A DNA stretch of 64,000 nucleotides from a virus: positions 32,001-96,000 of the IMG/VR virus record IMGVR_UViG_3300007177_000055; one strand, given 5' to 3'. Every line of letters starts with the position of its first letter. The stretch's first letter is position 1. The notes under the pieces are model-generated. The model saw only the letters and a list, made by a program, of their open reading frames with translations, was not told where the DNA came from and did no database searches. The position numbers were made by a program, and so were the translations under genes. This document shows, one piece after another, positions 8,901 through 17,393 of this stretch.

Positions 8901-9499
8901 GCTGGATCTAAACCGTCATTTTCAATAGAATCGTCACCTATAGTTTGATCTACGTGTATTTCATTTGATTCTGTACGTAAAGTAACAAAACCAGAGGCTG
9001 TTGCCCAATCAGCTAACCCTGCTGGGTTTACAGCCGTAGTTTCAGAAACTCCAGCTTTTATTTCTTCTAAAGTCGCTAAACGAACTAAACCAGCTTCTGT
9101 TTGGGTAGCGTCTACCGGAGTAACCTTGTACCAAACGGTTCCGTCATTAACAAAAAAAGCACCATCTGTTTTCCTTAACCACAGCTGGCCTATTTGACTT
9201 AATTTTGCAGAGTTGTTAGTAAACTCAATTCCCGGAGCGGTAGTACTTACTGCATCAGTGGTAACGTAGGCCGGACCAACTCTTACTACTTTGTCAGATA
9301 CATTTTCTGAAGCACCTGTACCAACTCTTAAAAATAAACCTACAGAACTAGCTATCAAGCTAGGGTTTGAAGTCCCGTGATTAACCGTAACTTCGCCGCG
9401 ATATAAGTCTTCAGGAGTAGTAGTACTAGGCACACGGTTAGGTATCCCACTAGACCGGGATACGATACGTGTTACGTCAAAGTCTCTGGGAGTACCCAT
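5921..9499 (-). CDS. large tail fibre / virion structural protein
   Basis: PRGVSIVALDLRKTKFRPRYV resembles cyanomyovirus structural proteins; ATQTEAGLVRLAT and ATTQRAGFVQLAT fibre repeats; HNH-HSH tip motifs. Confidence 0.8.
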   Translation of the reverse strand: MGTPRDFDVTRIVSRSSGIPNRVPSTTTPEDLYRGEVTVNHGTSNPSLIASSVGLFLRVGTGASENVSDKVVRVGPAYVTTDAVSTTAPGIEFTNNSAKLSQIGQLWLRKTDGAFFVNDGTVWYKVTPVDATQTEAGLVRLATLEEIKAGVSETTAVNPAGLADWATASGFVTLRTESNEIHVDQTIGDDSIENDGLDPARPFLTPERALIASALRSYRAGADNDLYDQDTILVHSGDYHLDNRPGVVSYSALPRLSPTDTGPINPQLLSGLVTGINLVTGVLNLANAVAEGLYPRQQIFSSSGGSAIVVAVDNFTVTVRRMKGVWSIGDSVSYPNYSVFNPIKGGLITPRGVSIVALDLRKTKFRPRYVGNFTDWLTDPGCFGTGRTSIFKLTGGSYLYGFTFTDNAFLQSSHHLCGCAEFATAEELAGSDSSYYSKIYQVLGLTQSPNVVLADFQANAAETQIVASTASNQTLDANGFLGVDTAVYASPYVFNCSVRSRFGLNGLVIDGAKVTGLKSMVTAQFTNVSLQADTRAFTTDNTLPGNKRYKPEWRHRAFRATNGGYAQIVSCFVVCSAVHYEVENGGELSITNSCSNFGDLSLVASGFAAQPLPQDSGSYVDTIILPKAIDSTVLNIPILSFKLKTSTNLDINTPTKLYVDSQPSEDRIAPFTYLPGERLYVTGEDGTEYSATLTSTAPLYSQDSNGWFFNTLATNNGIYNNRALVEDFPVIIKRSPDQREQDDRILWLKLEGLSAANKRRPLENFVLQLDRQLMGLQLTTPVFVASVKTTDFQGTALPLGTYYIALMLAGSTNEPLSGLYPEINVDDPVSNPATSATYRALDTILTEIGLPLSTRTALLQANTREVSLPARLFTNLHRPSTIRCTGHTWEWQGYLNYSSALPLFQDKVFTFQQSIARIKKESFGGRVYNTGMDQDGNFIIGQQIIDLKTGKQTDLGSSTSSDSKIFKRLTVTERLLLFPNATLDLRSAKFAFNSLTDFETPILASNNWKLYATTQRAGFVQLATALQALAGTDQKAVLTPFTAVSLIDDRIQNFSDFSTGDTLLFYQAAAPLNWTQVTTHQNKAIRVVSGPGGGSSGTMDFTSAFTSRTVPLVNHNHGINDPGHSHSYTYKEQSSDPGPGTGTGAASLVTSSGSTASNSTGILIQYASATQTTSNTMDFAVKYIDVILCSRN

Positions 9500-9575
9500 C
9501 TAACTAATTAACTTGCCTCTATAGAGACTAACAGTACAACAGTCCTTTTACCAACTACTATATCGGTTAACCTAG

Positions 9576-9986
9576 GTGTATACGTTAGCAAAGCGTATGA
9601 ATGATGGGCTCGGCTTAACTCTTTCTGACTACTTAGACAAGAAAAAAGTCAGGTATCAACATCGTCAAGCTATCTTTACTGCATTTGACCACAAATGTGC
9701 TTACTGCGGTCAACCAGCTCAAAGTCTAGATCACGTCAAGCCTAAGCACAGAGGTGGCCAAAATCTTAGCTCTAACTTAGTACCAGCATGTTTAGCCTGC
9801 AATCAATCAAAAGGTTCTACTAACTTGTGGGATTTCTTCCACGAAGAACAATCTTTCTACTCAAAAACAAGGGCAGATTTCTTAAAAAAATGGATTTCAG
9901 GAGAAATCCATTCACTTCACGTACTTACTACACAGGAACTAGGTCTAGATACTAGCTGCTATTCGTTTAATGTAAGCTTTACTTAA
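9576..9986 (+). CDS. HNH endonuclease
   Basis: CAYCG...LDHVKPKHRGG...NLVPACLACNQSKG. Confidence 0.92.
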   Translation: MYTLAKRMNDGLGLTLSDYLDKKKVRYQHRQAIFTAFDHKCAYCGQPAQSLDHVKPKHRGGQNLSSNLVPACLACNQSKGSTNLWDFFHEEQSFYSKTRADFLKKWISGEIHSLHVLTTQELGLDTSCYSFNVSFT

Positions 9987-10000
9987 AACAAAGTACAGCG
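9983..10000 (+). promoter_or_regulatory. repeated phage upstream element AAACAAAGTA, copy 2
   Basis: TTAAAACAAAGTACAGCG, ending 24 nt before the JAB start codon. Confidence 0.55.
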
Positions 10001-10024
10001 ATTAGTATCACACTTTACAGCTAA

Positions 10025-11650
10025 ATGAGTACAACTGAGAGTAAGACTGCAGCAATAGAACCTTTTGTTAGGACTAAAAGTGGGTGTTTACAGCTAATAA
10101 CTTCGGAATATTGGGGGAGCTGGTATAGAGCTATCGACGATCCTAAAGGTAAAGATATAGATACGAAAGACCTCTTAAGTAGGTTCTGGATAAAACCCGA
10201 CTTTGACAAAGTTCCACTAGTAGACTTACGTCGAATCGTAACTTTTTACCGTAAGTACATCTCCAACCTAGCAGCTAACTCTACAATTGACACTAACGAA
10301 GTACAAGTCTTACTGCTGCGGTCTGAAACAAATGTTAAAGTCTGGAAAATCCTAGTACCTAAGCAAATTATTACACAAGCTGCTGTTGAAGCAGTAACTC
10401 ATCCATGCTGTGATCTAGAAACTGGCGAAGATCACGATATATTCCCACCAGCAGGTTGGGTGCACGCCGGCAGCAGCCATTCTCACAACACGATGTCTGC
10501 TTTTTTTAGTCCCAAAGACGATCGAGGCGAACTGACCGTACCAGGTTTGCACTTTGTTATTGGATCCATTACGTCTGACAGCTACGACATCAAAGCGTCT
10601 ATAGTAATAAATCGCGCACGTTTCTTAGTACCACCTACTCACGTACTAGAAACTGGCGATATCCCGGTGGCAATAAACCAAGCTTTGGTAGCCAGGTTTA
10701 AAGATTCTGAAACAGTACCCTATGCAACAGAAGTAGAAACCTATGTTAAAAGGGCTCAAGACGTGCGTAACTCAGTAAAGGCTGAAAGCTTTACCTACCA
10801 CACTGCTAGCCCTTATTCATACCCTAATTTGCGTCGTCGTACTCGCAAACACTCTTTTAGAAACGCCCCTTACAGTTGGACTCCTGGCATTAACCCCAAG
10901 CTAGACGATTTCTCTGATTTACTAGAAAACTTTAACGAAATAAGTCAATACCAACCTAGCAAAACAGTAACTGTTACTGGCAGGCCGCAACTGTTAAGCA
11001 GCGTAGCGTTTGACTTAGCAGAAATACTGAAGAGTCTTAAGCATACTTACCCAGAAATAGTATTTGATGCTTTAGTAAAACACGATTATCTTTCAGCTGA
11101 AGAAACCCCCCAAGCCTCAGGTGAGGCTACAGAAACTGAAAAACCACTACTCTCAGATTTTACAGAAGACGCTGACTGGTGCGCTGACTGGTCCGCAGAT
11201 CCTTTAGACACCAGTTTTATACTGCTAACTTCTTTACTAAGCGACCTTGAACAAGAAGCTGTGGCCAAAGACATAGTTTACGCTATGTTAGTTGCTCACG
11301 GGCTCCTTAATCTCCACTACTTCTCCATTGATCCATATGTTGTAGACCTTGGAGAATATCTAGTTGAAGGTAAAATTATTGACTCGGTATTTCCCGAAAA
11401 AGAGAACCTAATCAAACTAGCTAAAGCCTTAGATTCGCTTTTAGTTGACGAATACGCCCGAGTAGTTTGTGGGATTTTGATCAACTTAGATTACCTAAGC
11501 ATTGAGGATCTTTGTGACTACTTGCCTGAAAGCGAAATTCGGCGAGGCATCCTAGAAGCCAACGAATACACTTTAACTTTTACGGATTCTAATCCTGAAC
11601 TAAGCGCCGCACCTAAATTACCAGAACCTGACTGGTCTGACTTTGTTTAA
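10025..11650 (+). CDS. JAB/JAMM metallopeptidase (PRTRC protein A-like) with long acidic C-terminal extension
   Basis: Upstream Glu (TNEVQV), VPKQ, then HSHNTMSAFFSPKDD (HxH-x7-S-x2-D) and GLHFVIG. Confidence 0.88.
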   Translation: MSTTESKTAAIEPFVRTKSGCLQLITSEYWGSWYRAIDDPKGKDIDTKDLLSRFWIKPDFDKVPLVDLRRIVTFYRKYISNLAANSTIDTNEVQVLLLRSETNVKVWKILVPKQIITQAAVEAVTHPCCDLETGEDHDIFPPAGWVHAGSSHSHNTMSAFFSPKDDRGELTVPGLHFVIGSITSDSYDIKASIVINRARFLVPPTHVLETGDIPVAINQALVARFKDSETVPYATEVETYVKRAQDVRNSVKAESFTYHTASPYSYPNLRRRTRKHSFRNAPYSWTPGINPKLDDFSDLLENFNEISQYQPSKTVTVTGRPQLLSSVAFDLAEILKSLKHTYPEIVFDALVKHDYLSAEETPQASGEATETEKPLLSDFTEDADWCADWSADPLDTSFILLTSLLSDLEQEAVAKDIVYAMLVAHGLLNLHYFSIDPYVVDLGEYLVEGKIIDSVFPEKENLIKLAKALDSLLVDEYARVVCGILINLDYLSIEDLCDYLPESEIRRGILEANEYTLTFTDSNPELSAAPKLPEPDWSDFV

Positions 11651-11653
11651 CTA

Positions 11654-12712
11654 ATGGAAAACCTAGTACTTGCTACAGAGCAAAATACACCACCCACTAA
11701 AAGAACAGCATGTAGAGGTAAACACAAGTTTATTCCGTTTCCGTCAGGAACTACAAAAGCTATAGTCTCCTATGATTCTTACGAACCTGACGAAATCTAC
11801 ACAGGATATACCACTAAAATATTTACTGTTACTGAGCCTCGAACAGCTCGAATAACACTAGCTACAAGAGAAGACTCTGCTAAATGGCTAGAAGCATTTA
11901 GTGCTAAAATCTGTAAGTCTTGTAGTAAACTGGCAGTTCCTGCCAAGATACTGGAGCAAGCTTATACTGCAGATCCAAGTTTAATAACACTAAACTTGGA
12001 TCAAATGCAAAGTTTCCTAGCCGAAAAAATTGAGGGTGCATGTTTAAGCGTTACCAACCATGTAAAAGGAGTATGCCCAGCCGGGCATGACATAGCTTCT
12101 GGACTAGAAGAGCAAAAAGTAGCTGTGATGAAAGTCCCAGCGTTATGCTTGATGTCTACGTATACTAGCAGAACAAGCAGTAGTCACTTTGCTTTTGATC
12201 AAGGACGAAAGTACAGTCTTTTTGCTTACAAAGATGATAATCAAGTTCCTTATATAAGTCCTTATAGACCAGCTAATGTATACACTAACGGAAATATTTG
12301 TTGGGGTAAGCAACCGTTACCCCAAAATCCTAAACAAGCTTTGGCGGCTTATTGGGGTTCTGGTTTCAATCGTGATTTAGCCTCTCAAGCAGCTAATACT
12401 CTAAAAGGTACCTTAGAAAACTACGAGCAGCTGTCTAGCAACTTTGAGAAGCTAACACTGCATACACTTCAAAACGTCCAGGGCATTAACAAACCTTGTG
12501 TGGGAGTTTATTTAAGCTCTTTTAGTAACTTGTTGTCGGCAGTTCCGTCAGAACTCCACATAAAAGTACGCTCTGAGACTTTTGTATTAGCTTGGGTTCT
12601 GTCTGCAGAACCTGATAGATACTTACTGGAGTTTAAGGAGTTTTTAGTAGAAATGAACGATTTAAACGGTCGTGCAAAAGTAAAAGTTCTTAGTTCATCC
12701 CCAGAAAAATGA
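11654..12712 (+). CDS. prokaryotic E2 ubiquitin-conjugating-like protein (PRTRC protein B / Prok-E2-like)
   Basis: PANVYTNGNICWG...AYWGSGFNRDL with the putative catalytic Cys; lies between JAB and E1. Confidence 0.8.
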   Translation: MENLVLATEQNTPPTKRTACRGKHKFIPFPSGTTKAIVSYDSYEPDEIYTGYTTKIFTVTEPRTARITLATREDSAKWLEAFSAKICKSCSKLAVPAKILEQAYTADPSLITLNLDQMQSFLAEKIEGACLSVTNHVKGVCPAGHDIASGLEEQKVAVMKVPALCLMSTYTSRTSSSHFAFDQGRKYSLFAYKDDNQVPYISPYRPANVYTNGNICWGKQPLPQNPKQALAAYWGSGFNRDLASQAANTLKGTLENYEQLSSNFEKLTLHTLQNVQGINKPCVGVYLSSFSNLLSAVPSELHIKVRSETFVLAWVLSAEPDRYLLEFKEFLVEMNDLNGRAKVKVLSSSPEK

Positions 12713-13512
12713 AATTTGACGCAGTTCACCTTGTAGGTCTAGGTGGTACAGGTTCTTACTTAGCAGCTCCTCTTGCCAAGCTATTGAAGTACCACCAAAA
12801 TGGGACGGAGAACCTCCACTTTTGGGATAAAGATAAACTTGAAGTTAAAAACCTCACCAGACAAGACTTTACTCCAGAGTCTATCGACAAGAATAAAGCT
12901 CAAGAAAAAGCTGCTGAACTAGAAAGCATCAACTCTAATATTAAGGTGCATCAGTCTTGGTTCGTTCCAGACACACTAAATGCATGTTTAAAAGAGGATC
13001 CCAGTGACAACCTGCTAATAATCCTAGCTGTTGACAACGATGCAACCCGGCATCATATCATTGTTGAGCTAGACGGCATGCTTGATCAAGACTTTGTACT
13101 AGTTCTACCTGGTAACGGATACGACACCGGCAACACTTTCTGGTACGGGCGACAAGGCACAGAAACAGCTCCCGTGCACCCTTTTGAAGTGGCTGACAAC
13201 TGGGCAAGACCTCAAGATGGTCTACCAGGAGATTGTGCTTTAGAAGCAGTATCCAGCCCTCAGCTATTAGCTAGCAATTTAGCCCAAGCTCTGGGATCTT
13301 TGTTGTTGGTACAAGGTTTGTTAGAAGATCAGCCTATGCCTTTTAAACTAGACTACTCTGGCCCTGAGTTTAGCATCGTTGCTGAAGGCAGGCCTACGTA
13401 TTTTCCTAGCTTGACACGCCAACCAGAACCTGTTGTTGAGTCAGAGGCAGAAACACAAGACCTACTGCCTGAATCTGTACCTAGCTCTACAACTGTAGAG
13501 CTGTTTTCTTAA
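12709..13512 (+). CDS. ThiF/E1-family adenylyltransferase (ubiquitin-activating-like)
   Basis: VGLGGTGS, DKD.LEVKNLTRQ, NKAQ, AVDN..TR, GNG and GDCA...PQL..N (putative catalytic Cys); ATGA overlap with E2. Confidence 0.92.
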   Translation: MKFDAVHLVGLGGTGSYLAAPLAKLLKYHQNGTENLHFWDKDKLEVKNLTRQDFTPESIDKNKAQEKAAELESINSNIKVHQSWFVPDTLNACLKEDPSDNLLIILAVDNDATRHHIIVELDGMLDQDFVLVLPGNGYDTGNTFWYGRQGTETAPVHPFEVADNWARPQDGLPGDCALEAVSSPQLLASNLAQALGSLLLVQGLLEDQPMPFKLDYSGPEFSIVAEGRPTYFPSLTRQPEPVVESEAETQDLLPESVPSSTTVELFS

Positions 13513-13513
13513 A

Positions 13514-13996
13514 CTAATACTCTCCCCCGAAAATTTGACCTACTACTAAACCTCTAGCACCTAAAGCTATCATATTTGATTGCAAAGAAACTGTTACTTG
13601 CAAAGCAGGATCTATCAAACTCATATTGTAGTTAAACTTGTTGCCAAAAGTAACTAGATCATCTGCTGTAGGGTCTTCCTCAAAGTCACCTAGTTCAGCT
13701 CTTAGTAGACCAAACCCTAAAGGACTACTAGAAACTAGAGTACCACTACCAGCAAACATAGCTACTATAAAGCAGCTCAGTCCACTGGTAGGAGCTTCAC
13801 TAAAAGTAATAGTATCCTCTAAAACTGTAAAGTTAGTTACAGGTGCTTGAGGTACACCCCCCATAACAGCCATAAGCTGAGCTGCATTAGCAGGGGTAAA
13901 AGAAGCTCCTGATAACCTTAAGGGAAAGGTTACTCTGGATCCGTCAAAAAGACTAGAAACATCATCTAGTAGTACATTACTAGCTGGATTAGACAT
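13514..13996 (-). CDS. virion structural protein (cyanophage fibre/baseplate-type domain)
   Basis: DDVSSLFDG.RVTFPL...QLMAVMGGVPQAP..NFTV...ITFSEAP repeat unit known from cyanophage structural proteins. Confidence 0.7.
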   Translation of the reverse strand: MSNPASNVLLDDVSSLFDGSRVTFPLRLSGASFTPANAAQLMAVMGGVPQAPVTNFTVLEDTITFSEAPTSGLSCFIVAMFAGSGTLVSSSPLGFGLLRAELGDFEEDPTADDLVTFGNKFNYNMSLIDPALQVTVSLQSNMIALGARGLVVGQIFGGEY

Positions 13997-14403
13997 CAGT
14001 AAGTACCTCCATCCCAGGTAGACCCAGTCAAGGGTAAAGAATCTTCTAGAGACCCGCCATAAATAGTACCTTGACTTAGAGTACCGTTTAGAACAGTAAT
14101 AGAGTTAACCGTCAATTTATTAAGAGTGAAAACACCACTAGCGGTTATATACGGAATTTTCAGGTTTTGACCAGTAGCAGTTAAGTTTCCAATAGCCAGC
14201 AACTTATCTAAGTTGTTGTTATAGGATTGAACATGCAACCGCAAAGAATCGGCAGTAGCGTCATTATCTGTGTTGCCAGTAGAAGTTCGACGCAAACCAT
14301 TGTATGTAGTTCGATACGGACCCGTTAAAGGCAACAAACTATCATTGCTAGAAGGGTGCCCTAACAAATCTCCTAGGTCTGTCCCTTGAGTAAAGTTAGG
14401 CAT
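13996..14403 (-). CDS. putative structural protein
   Basis: T/G/S-rich, ends WDGGTY; translationally coupled to 13514-13996. Confidence 0.55.
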   Translation of the reverse strand: MPNFTQGTDLGDLLGHPSSNDSLLPLTGPYRTTYNGLRRTSTGNTDNDATADSLRLHVQSYNNNLDKLLAIGNLTATGQNLKIPYITASGVFTLNKLTVNSITVLNGTLSQGTIYGGSLEDSLPLTGSTWDGGTY

Positions 14404-14452
14404 TCAGCAAAAGCAACCTACTAAAATAGTAACTGTTGCAGTACCAAAACTG

Positions 14453-14788
14453 ATGACTTTTTCAGACTTAAATGAATTAGCAGCTTTACACGAACTCCTA
14501 GTTCCGATAGAAGCTCAATTAGTAAACAACCAAAAACTAAAAGCAAGTTACGAGTTCCGTAAACTAGAAATTGAATCTCAGCTGCAATATGCCGTCGCTT
14601 TTGATTCAACTCTAAAAAATGATACTCAACGTTCAGCTATTTTGACAGTAAACAAACTAGCTTCAGAGGAGTGGGTTAGGCTAACAAAAGTAGACCTACC
14701 TGAAGTAGAAGCTAGCTTACTAACGGACTCGTTTAAAGAAAAAAGACTAAGAGAATTAATACAATCAGTTATATGTAAACAGCACTAA
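14453..14788 (+). CDS. hypothetical helical protein
   Basis: ORF only. Confidence 0.6.
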   Translation: MTFSDLNELAALHELLVPIEAQLVNNQKLKASYEFRKLEIESQLQYAVAFDSTLKNDTQRSAILTVNKLASEEWVRLTKVDLPEVEASLLTDSFKEKRLRELIQSVICKQH

Positions 14789-14796
14789 ACAAAGTA
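14786..14796 (+). promoter_or_regulatory. repeated phage upstream element, copy 3
   Basis: TAAACAAAGTA at the gene boundary before 14831. Confidence 0.45.
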
Positions 14797-14830
14797 GAAC
14801 GTTCGGCCTAAAGTTCTTTGTGCTTATTTT

Positions 14831-15445
14831 GTGAGTTTATCAGGTGAAAATAAAATCAGTGAATATATGAGTTATTCTTCTTTAAAGATACGAGACAAAC
14901 TAGGATCTAAAGTAAGATATATCCTTAAAAAAAGTGCTATTAACACTGCTGTTAGTTGGCCTTTTGGTTTTTACATGTATTATATAGAGCAGTTTAGGTT
15001 TATTCACTTATTGTTAAAAGAATTAGAGCTGAGATACCCTGATCAAAGTAAAAGCACTTTAGAAGACCCTGTACTATACAGCCCTGTTTTATATGAAATA
15101 ACCGCCGCCGACTTAAAAAACGTAAGGATAGAAGCAGCTTGTTGTGCTTGGCTTAGCTGGGACAACAAAACACTAGAACAACAAGGCGTGCCGGCTAACC
15201 AATTACCCGATAATCTTTCTTATGGGTTAGTTCTGAGCTACCCCGGACCTATAATGCGGGCAGCTTGTTATTTAGTAGGTGAAACTAAAGAATCAGAACT
15301 TTTATCTATAGATCCAGTAGTACACTACCAAGCAGAACAATTTGCTCTTCAAAGACTTAAAGAGGCTTTTCCTGCCCTCAACGAAGAAGACCTAAAAAAC
15401 ATTACACGGCAGCAAAAGCATTCTTTAGCAAAGAAACCTACTTAA
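14831..15445 (+). CDS. hypothetical protein
   Basis: ORF only. Confidence 0.6.
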   Translation: MSLSGENKISEYMSYSSLKIRDKLGSKVRYILKKSAINTAVSWPFGFYMYYIEQFRFIHLLLKELELRYPDQSKSTLEDPVLYSPVLYEITAADLKNVRIEAACCAWLSWDNKTLEQQGVPANQLPDNLSYGLVLSYPGPIMRAACYLVGETKESELLSIDPVVHYQAEQFALQRLKEAFPALNEEDLKNITRQQKHSLAKKPT

Positions 15446-15882
15446 GAATCACCTGCAATCACAAACACTTCAACTAAAGCTGCAGGGTAACCCTCAGGGG
15501 GAGCCCCTGCAGGCTGAACAACAGGAGTCGAAGGAACTTGTACTCGTATGCTAGTAATAAGATCCAAACCTGTTTCAGCAGTATCCATCACTTGCATAAC
15601 AAAAGTGGTTAGCAAACTAGTAAAAGTGCTAGTGCCAGCAGTATAAGTTACTCGGACAGGCCTAGTAGACTTTACTACCAAAAGCTTAGGGGCTCCAAAG
15701 TTTTGAGCAGCTAAATTAAAGTCTTCAAAAGCACCTGCCGAAATTTTGGTAGCTACGCTGTAAGGATAAACTGGATTTTGTCTAGTACCAAAAGCCGCTT
15801 CAGGTAACTTCAGTAAACTCTTGATGTTATTAAGGGAGCTACTTACTGAAACACTAGCCGTAACAATCACGTTATAAGCCAT
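15442..15882 (-). CDS. hypothetical protein, probably structural
   Basis: Beta-strand-like composition, on the same strand as the virion genes. Confidence 0.55.
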   Translation of the reverse strand: MAYNVIVTASVSVSSSLNNIKSLLKLPEAAFGTRQNPVYPYSVATKISAGAFEDFNLAAQNFGAPKLLVVKSTRPVRVTYTAGTSTFTSLLTTFVMQVMDTAETGLDLITSIRVQVPSTPVVQPAGAPPEGYPAALVEVFVIAGDS

Positions 15883-15904
15883 CAGACAAAAGCGTACTAA
15901 CTCT

Positions 15905-16429
15905 ATGTTACGAAACTGTCCGTTAGAGTACTACAACAATTGCATTAACGCCGGAGTCAAGTGTCGGTGGTGTTCTGCGGGTAACGGTCCCACTGGTGGA
16001 CAGCTGTTTTATGTTGCTATTGAGCCAAATACCACTGAACACCCTTGCCAACCTTCAGAAGCTAAAAAGAAAATCCTTAAAAGAGCTAAGGCCACCGAAA
16101 AAACAGTAGAAAGAGAAATTGTCAAGGGTACGCTAAGGTCTGGAGCAGCTCTAGGAGATGGAGATCATTTACTACTAGGTGAAATTCGCCAAGAAGTTAA
16201 AGACCGAGGAAATAGAACTTCTTGGAATCTCACTTGGTCGGAGTATACTAAGGGGTGCCGGCAAGGCATTCAAGTTTACGCCATTTCTATCTTGCCTCCC
16301 AAAGGCCCTCGTAAAACGATGTACATCATGGAAGAAAACGTGTTCACTGCCTTGCTAGCTAGTATTCAAGCCTTAAAAAATGAGCGACCTAAGCGACTAC
16401 TTGAAGAAGAAATACAAGGAAACAGTTAA
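15905..16429 (+). CDS. PD-(D/E)XK nuclease, Holliday junction resolvase-like, with Cys-rich N-terminus
   Basis: E...RSGAALGDGD...RQEVK pattern. Confidence 0.65.
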   Translation: MLRNCPLEYYNNCINAGVKCRWCSAGNGPTGGQLFYVAIEPNTTEHPCQPSEAKKKILKRAKATEKTVEREIVKGTLRSGAALGDGDHLLLGEIRQEVKDRGNRTSWNLTWSEYTKGCRQGIQVYAISILPPKGPRKTMYIMEENVFTALLASIQALKNERPKRLLEEEIQGNS

Positions 16430-17393
16430 AACTGGAGATGACTTTCCTGCTATTAAAAGAATCTCAACCGGGTTGTTGACTTTAGATACCATCTTAGGCG
16501 GGGGCCTGCCCTTAGGTAGGGTAGGAGAAATCTATGGTTTAGAGTCTTTAGGTAAAACAGCTCTTTCATTAGCTATATGCAAAGCTGCCCAACAGCAAGG
16601 CATAGAACCTTTGTTTATAGACTTAGAACGTACCTTAGATCCAGAACAGTCAGCTAGAATTGGCATCAATAATGATCTATTTCACCGTGCTTCACCTTGT
16701 TATGGTGAAGACGTAATTGACTTAGCTCTTGACGCAGCAGCCGCCGGCTCTAAATTAATCATTGTAGACTCTGTACCCTACATGGTTCCAAAGTCTACAG
16801 AAGAAAAAGTAGAAAAGGACTCAGAAGCTCGATCTATCGGCGCTATTGCTGGTTTGTTTACCAGAGTATTAGGTAAAGTAACTAAAGGTATAGAAGCTTC
16901 AGAATGCTCACTTATCTTCTTAAACCAGGCCCGAGATAAAATGGGTCCTTACGGTGGTGTGCAGTCTCCTGGTGGACATGCCAAGTCTCACTTAATGTCC
17001 TGGCGTTTGCACTTAACTCACGCTACGTTGGATCCCAATCGAGAAGGTGTTATTACTACACACTTAAAAGGTATTAAAAACAAAACTGCCACTGCTTACT
17101 TAACAGGCGAATTAACCATAGAAAGAGGTATTGTCAACGCTGCAGCTTCCTTGGTAGAGGGATCTGTTAAAGCTGGATTGCTAGAAAAAGCTGGCAGTTG
17201 GATTAAGTTTTCTTCAGAACTAGTAGAGGAACTAGGTCTGGAAAAAGCCAACTTAGCTCAGGGTGCAGTTAAAGCTGGTGCTGAGCTAGTAGCTAACCCA
17301 AAATTGTACAAGATGCTCTATTACCGTTCGTTAGTAGCTAACGGCGCCGTCCCTAGTCAAATTCCTGCGTATTGGAGGCCAGACAGTGAGTGA
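16380..17393 (+). CDS. recA: RecA-family recombinase
   Basis: STGLLTLDTILGGGLPLGR.GEIYGLESLGKT, IIVDSV, FLNQAR, SPGGHA, VKAG.LEKAGSW. Confidence 0.95.
   Translation: MSDLSDYLKKKYKETVKTGDDFPAIKRISTGLLTLDTILGGGLPLGRVGEIYGLESLGKTALSLAICKAAQQQGIEPLFIDLERTLDPEQSARIGINNDLFHRASPCYGEDVIDLALDAAAAGSKLIIVDSVPYMVPKSTEEKVEKDSEARSIGAIAGLFTRVLGKVTKGIEASECSLIFLNQARDKMGPYGGVQSPGGHAKSHLMSWRLHLTHATLDPNREGVITTHLKGIKNKTATAYLTGELTIERGIVNAAASLVEGSVKAGLLEKAGSWIKFSSELVEELGLEKANLAQGAVKAGAELVANPKLYKMLYYRSLVANGAVPSQIPAYWRPDSE

Noticed and set aside
9500-9575. A shared late-promoter motif upstream of minus-strand structural genes
   Set aside because: Comparing the regions upstream of 911, 9499, 14403 and 15882 by eye gave only a short AGTAC-like match, too weak to report
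12709-13512. ThiF/MoeB for thiamine or molybdopterin biosynthesis
   Set aside because: It lacks the paired CxxC Zn motifs and cofactor-pathway neighbours, and is coupled to E2-like and JAB genes
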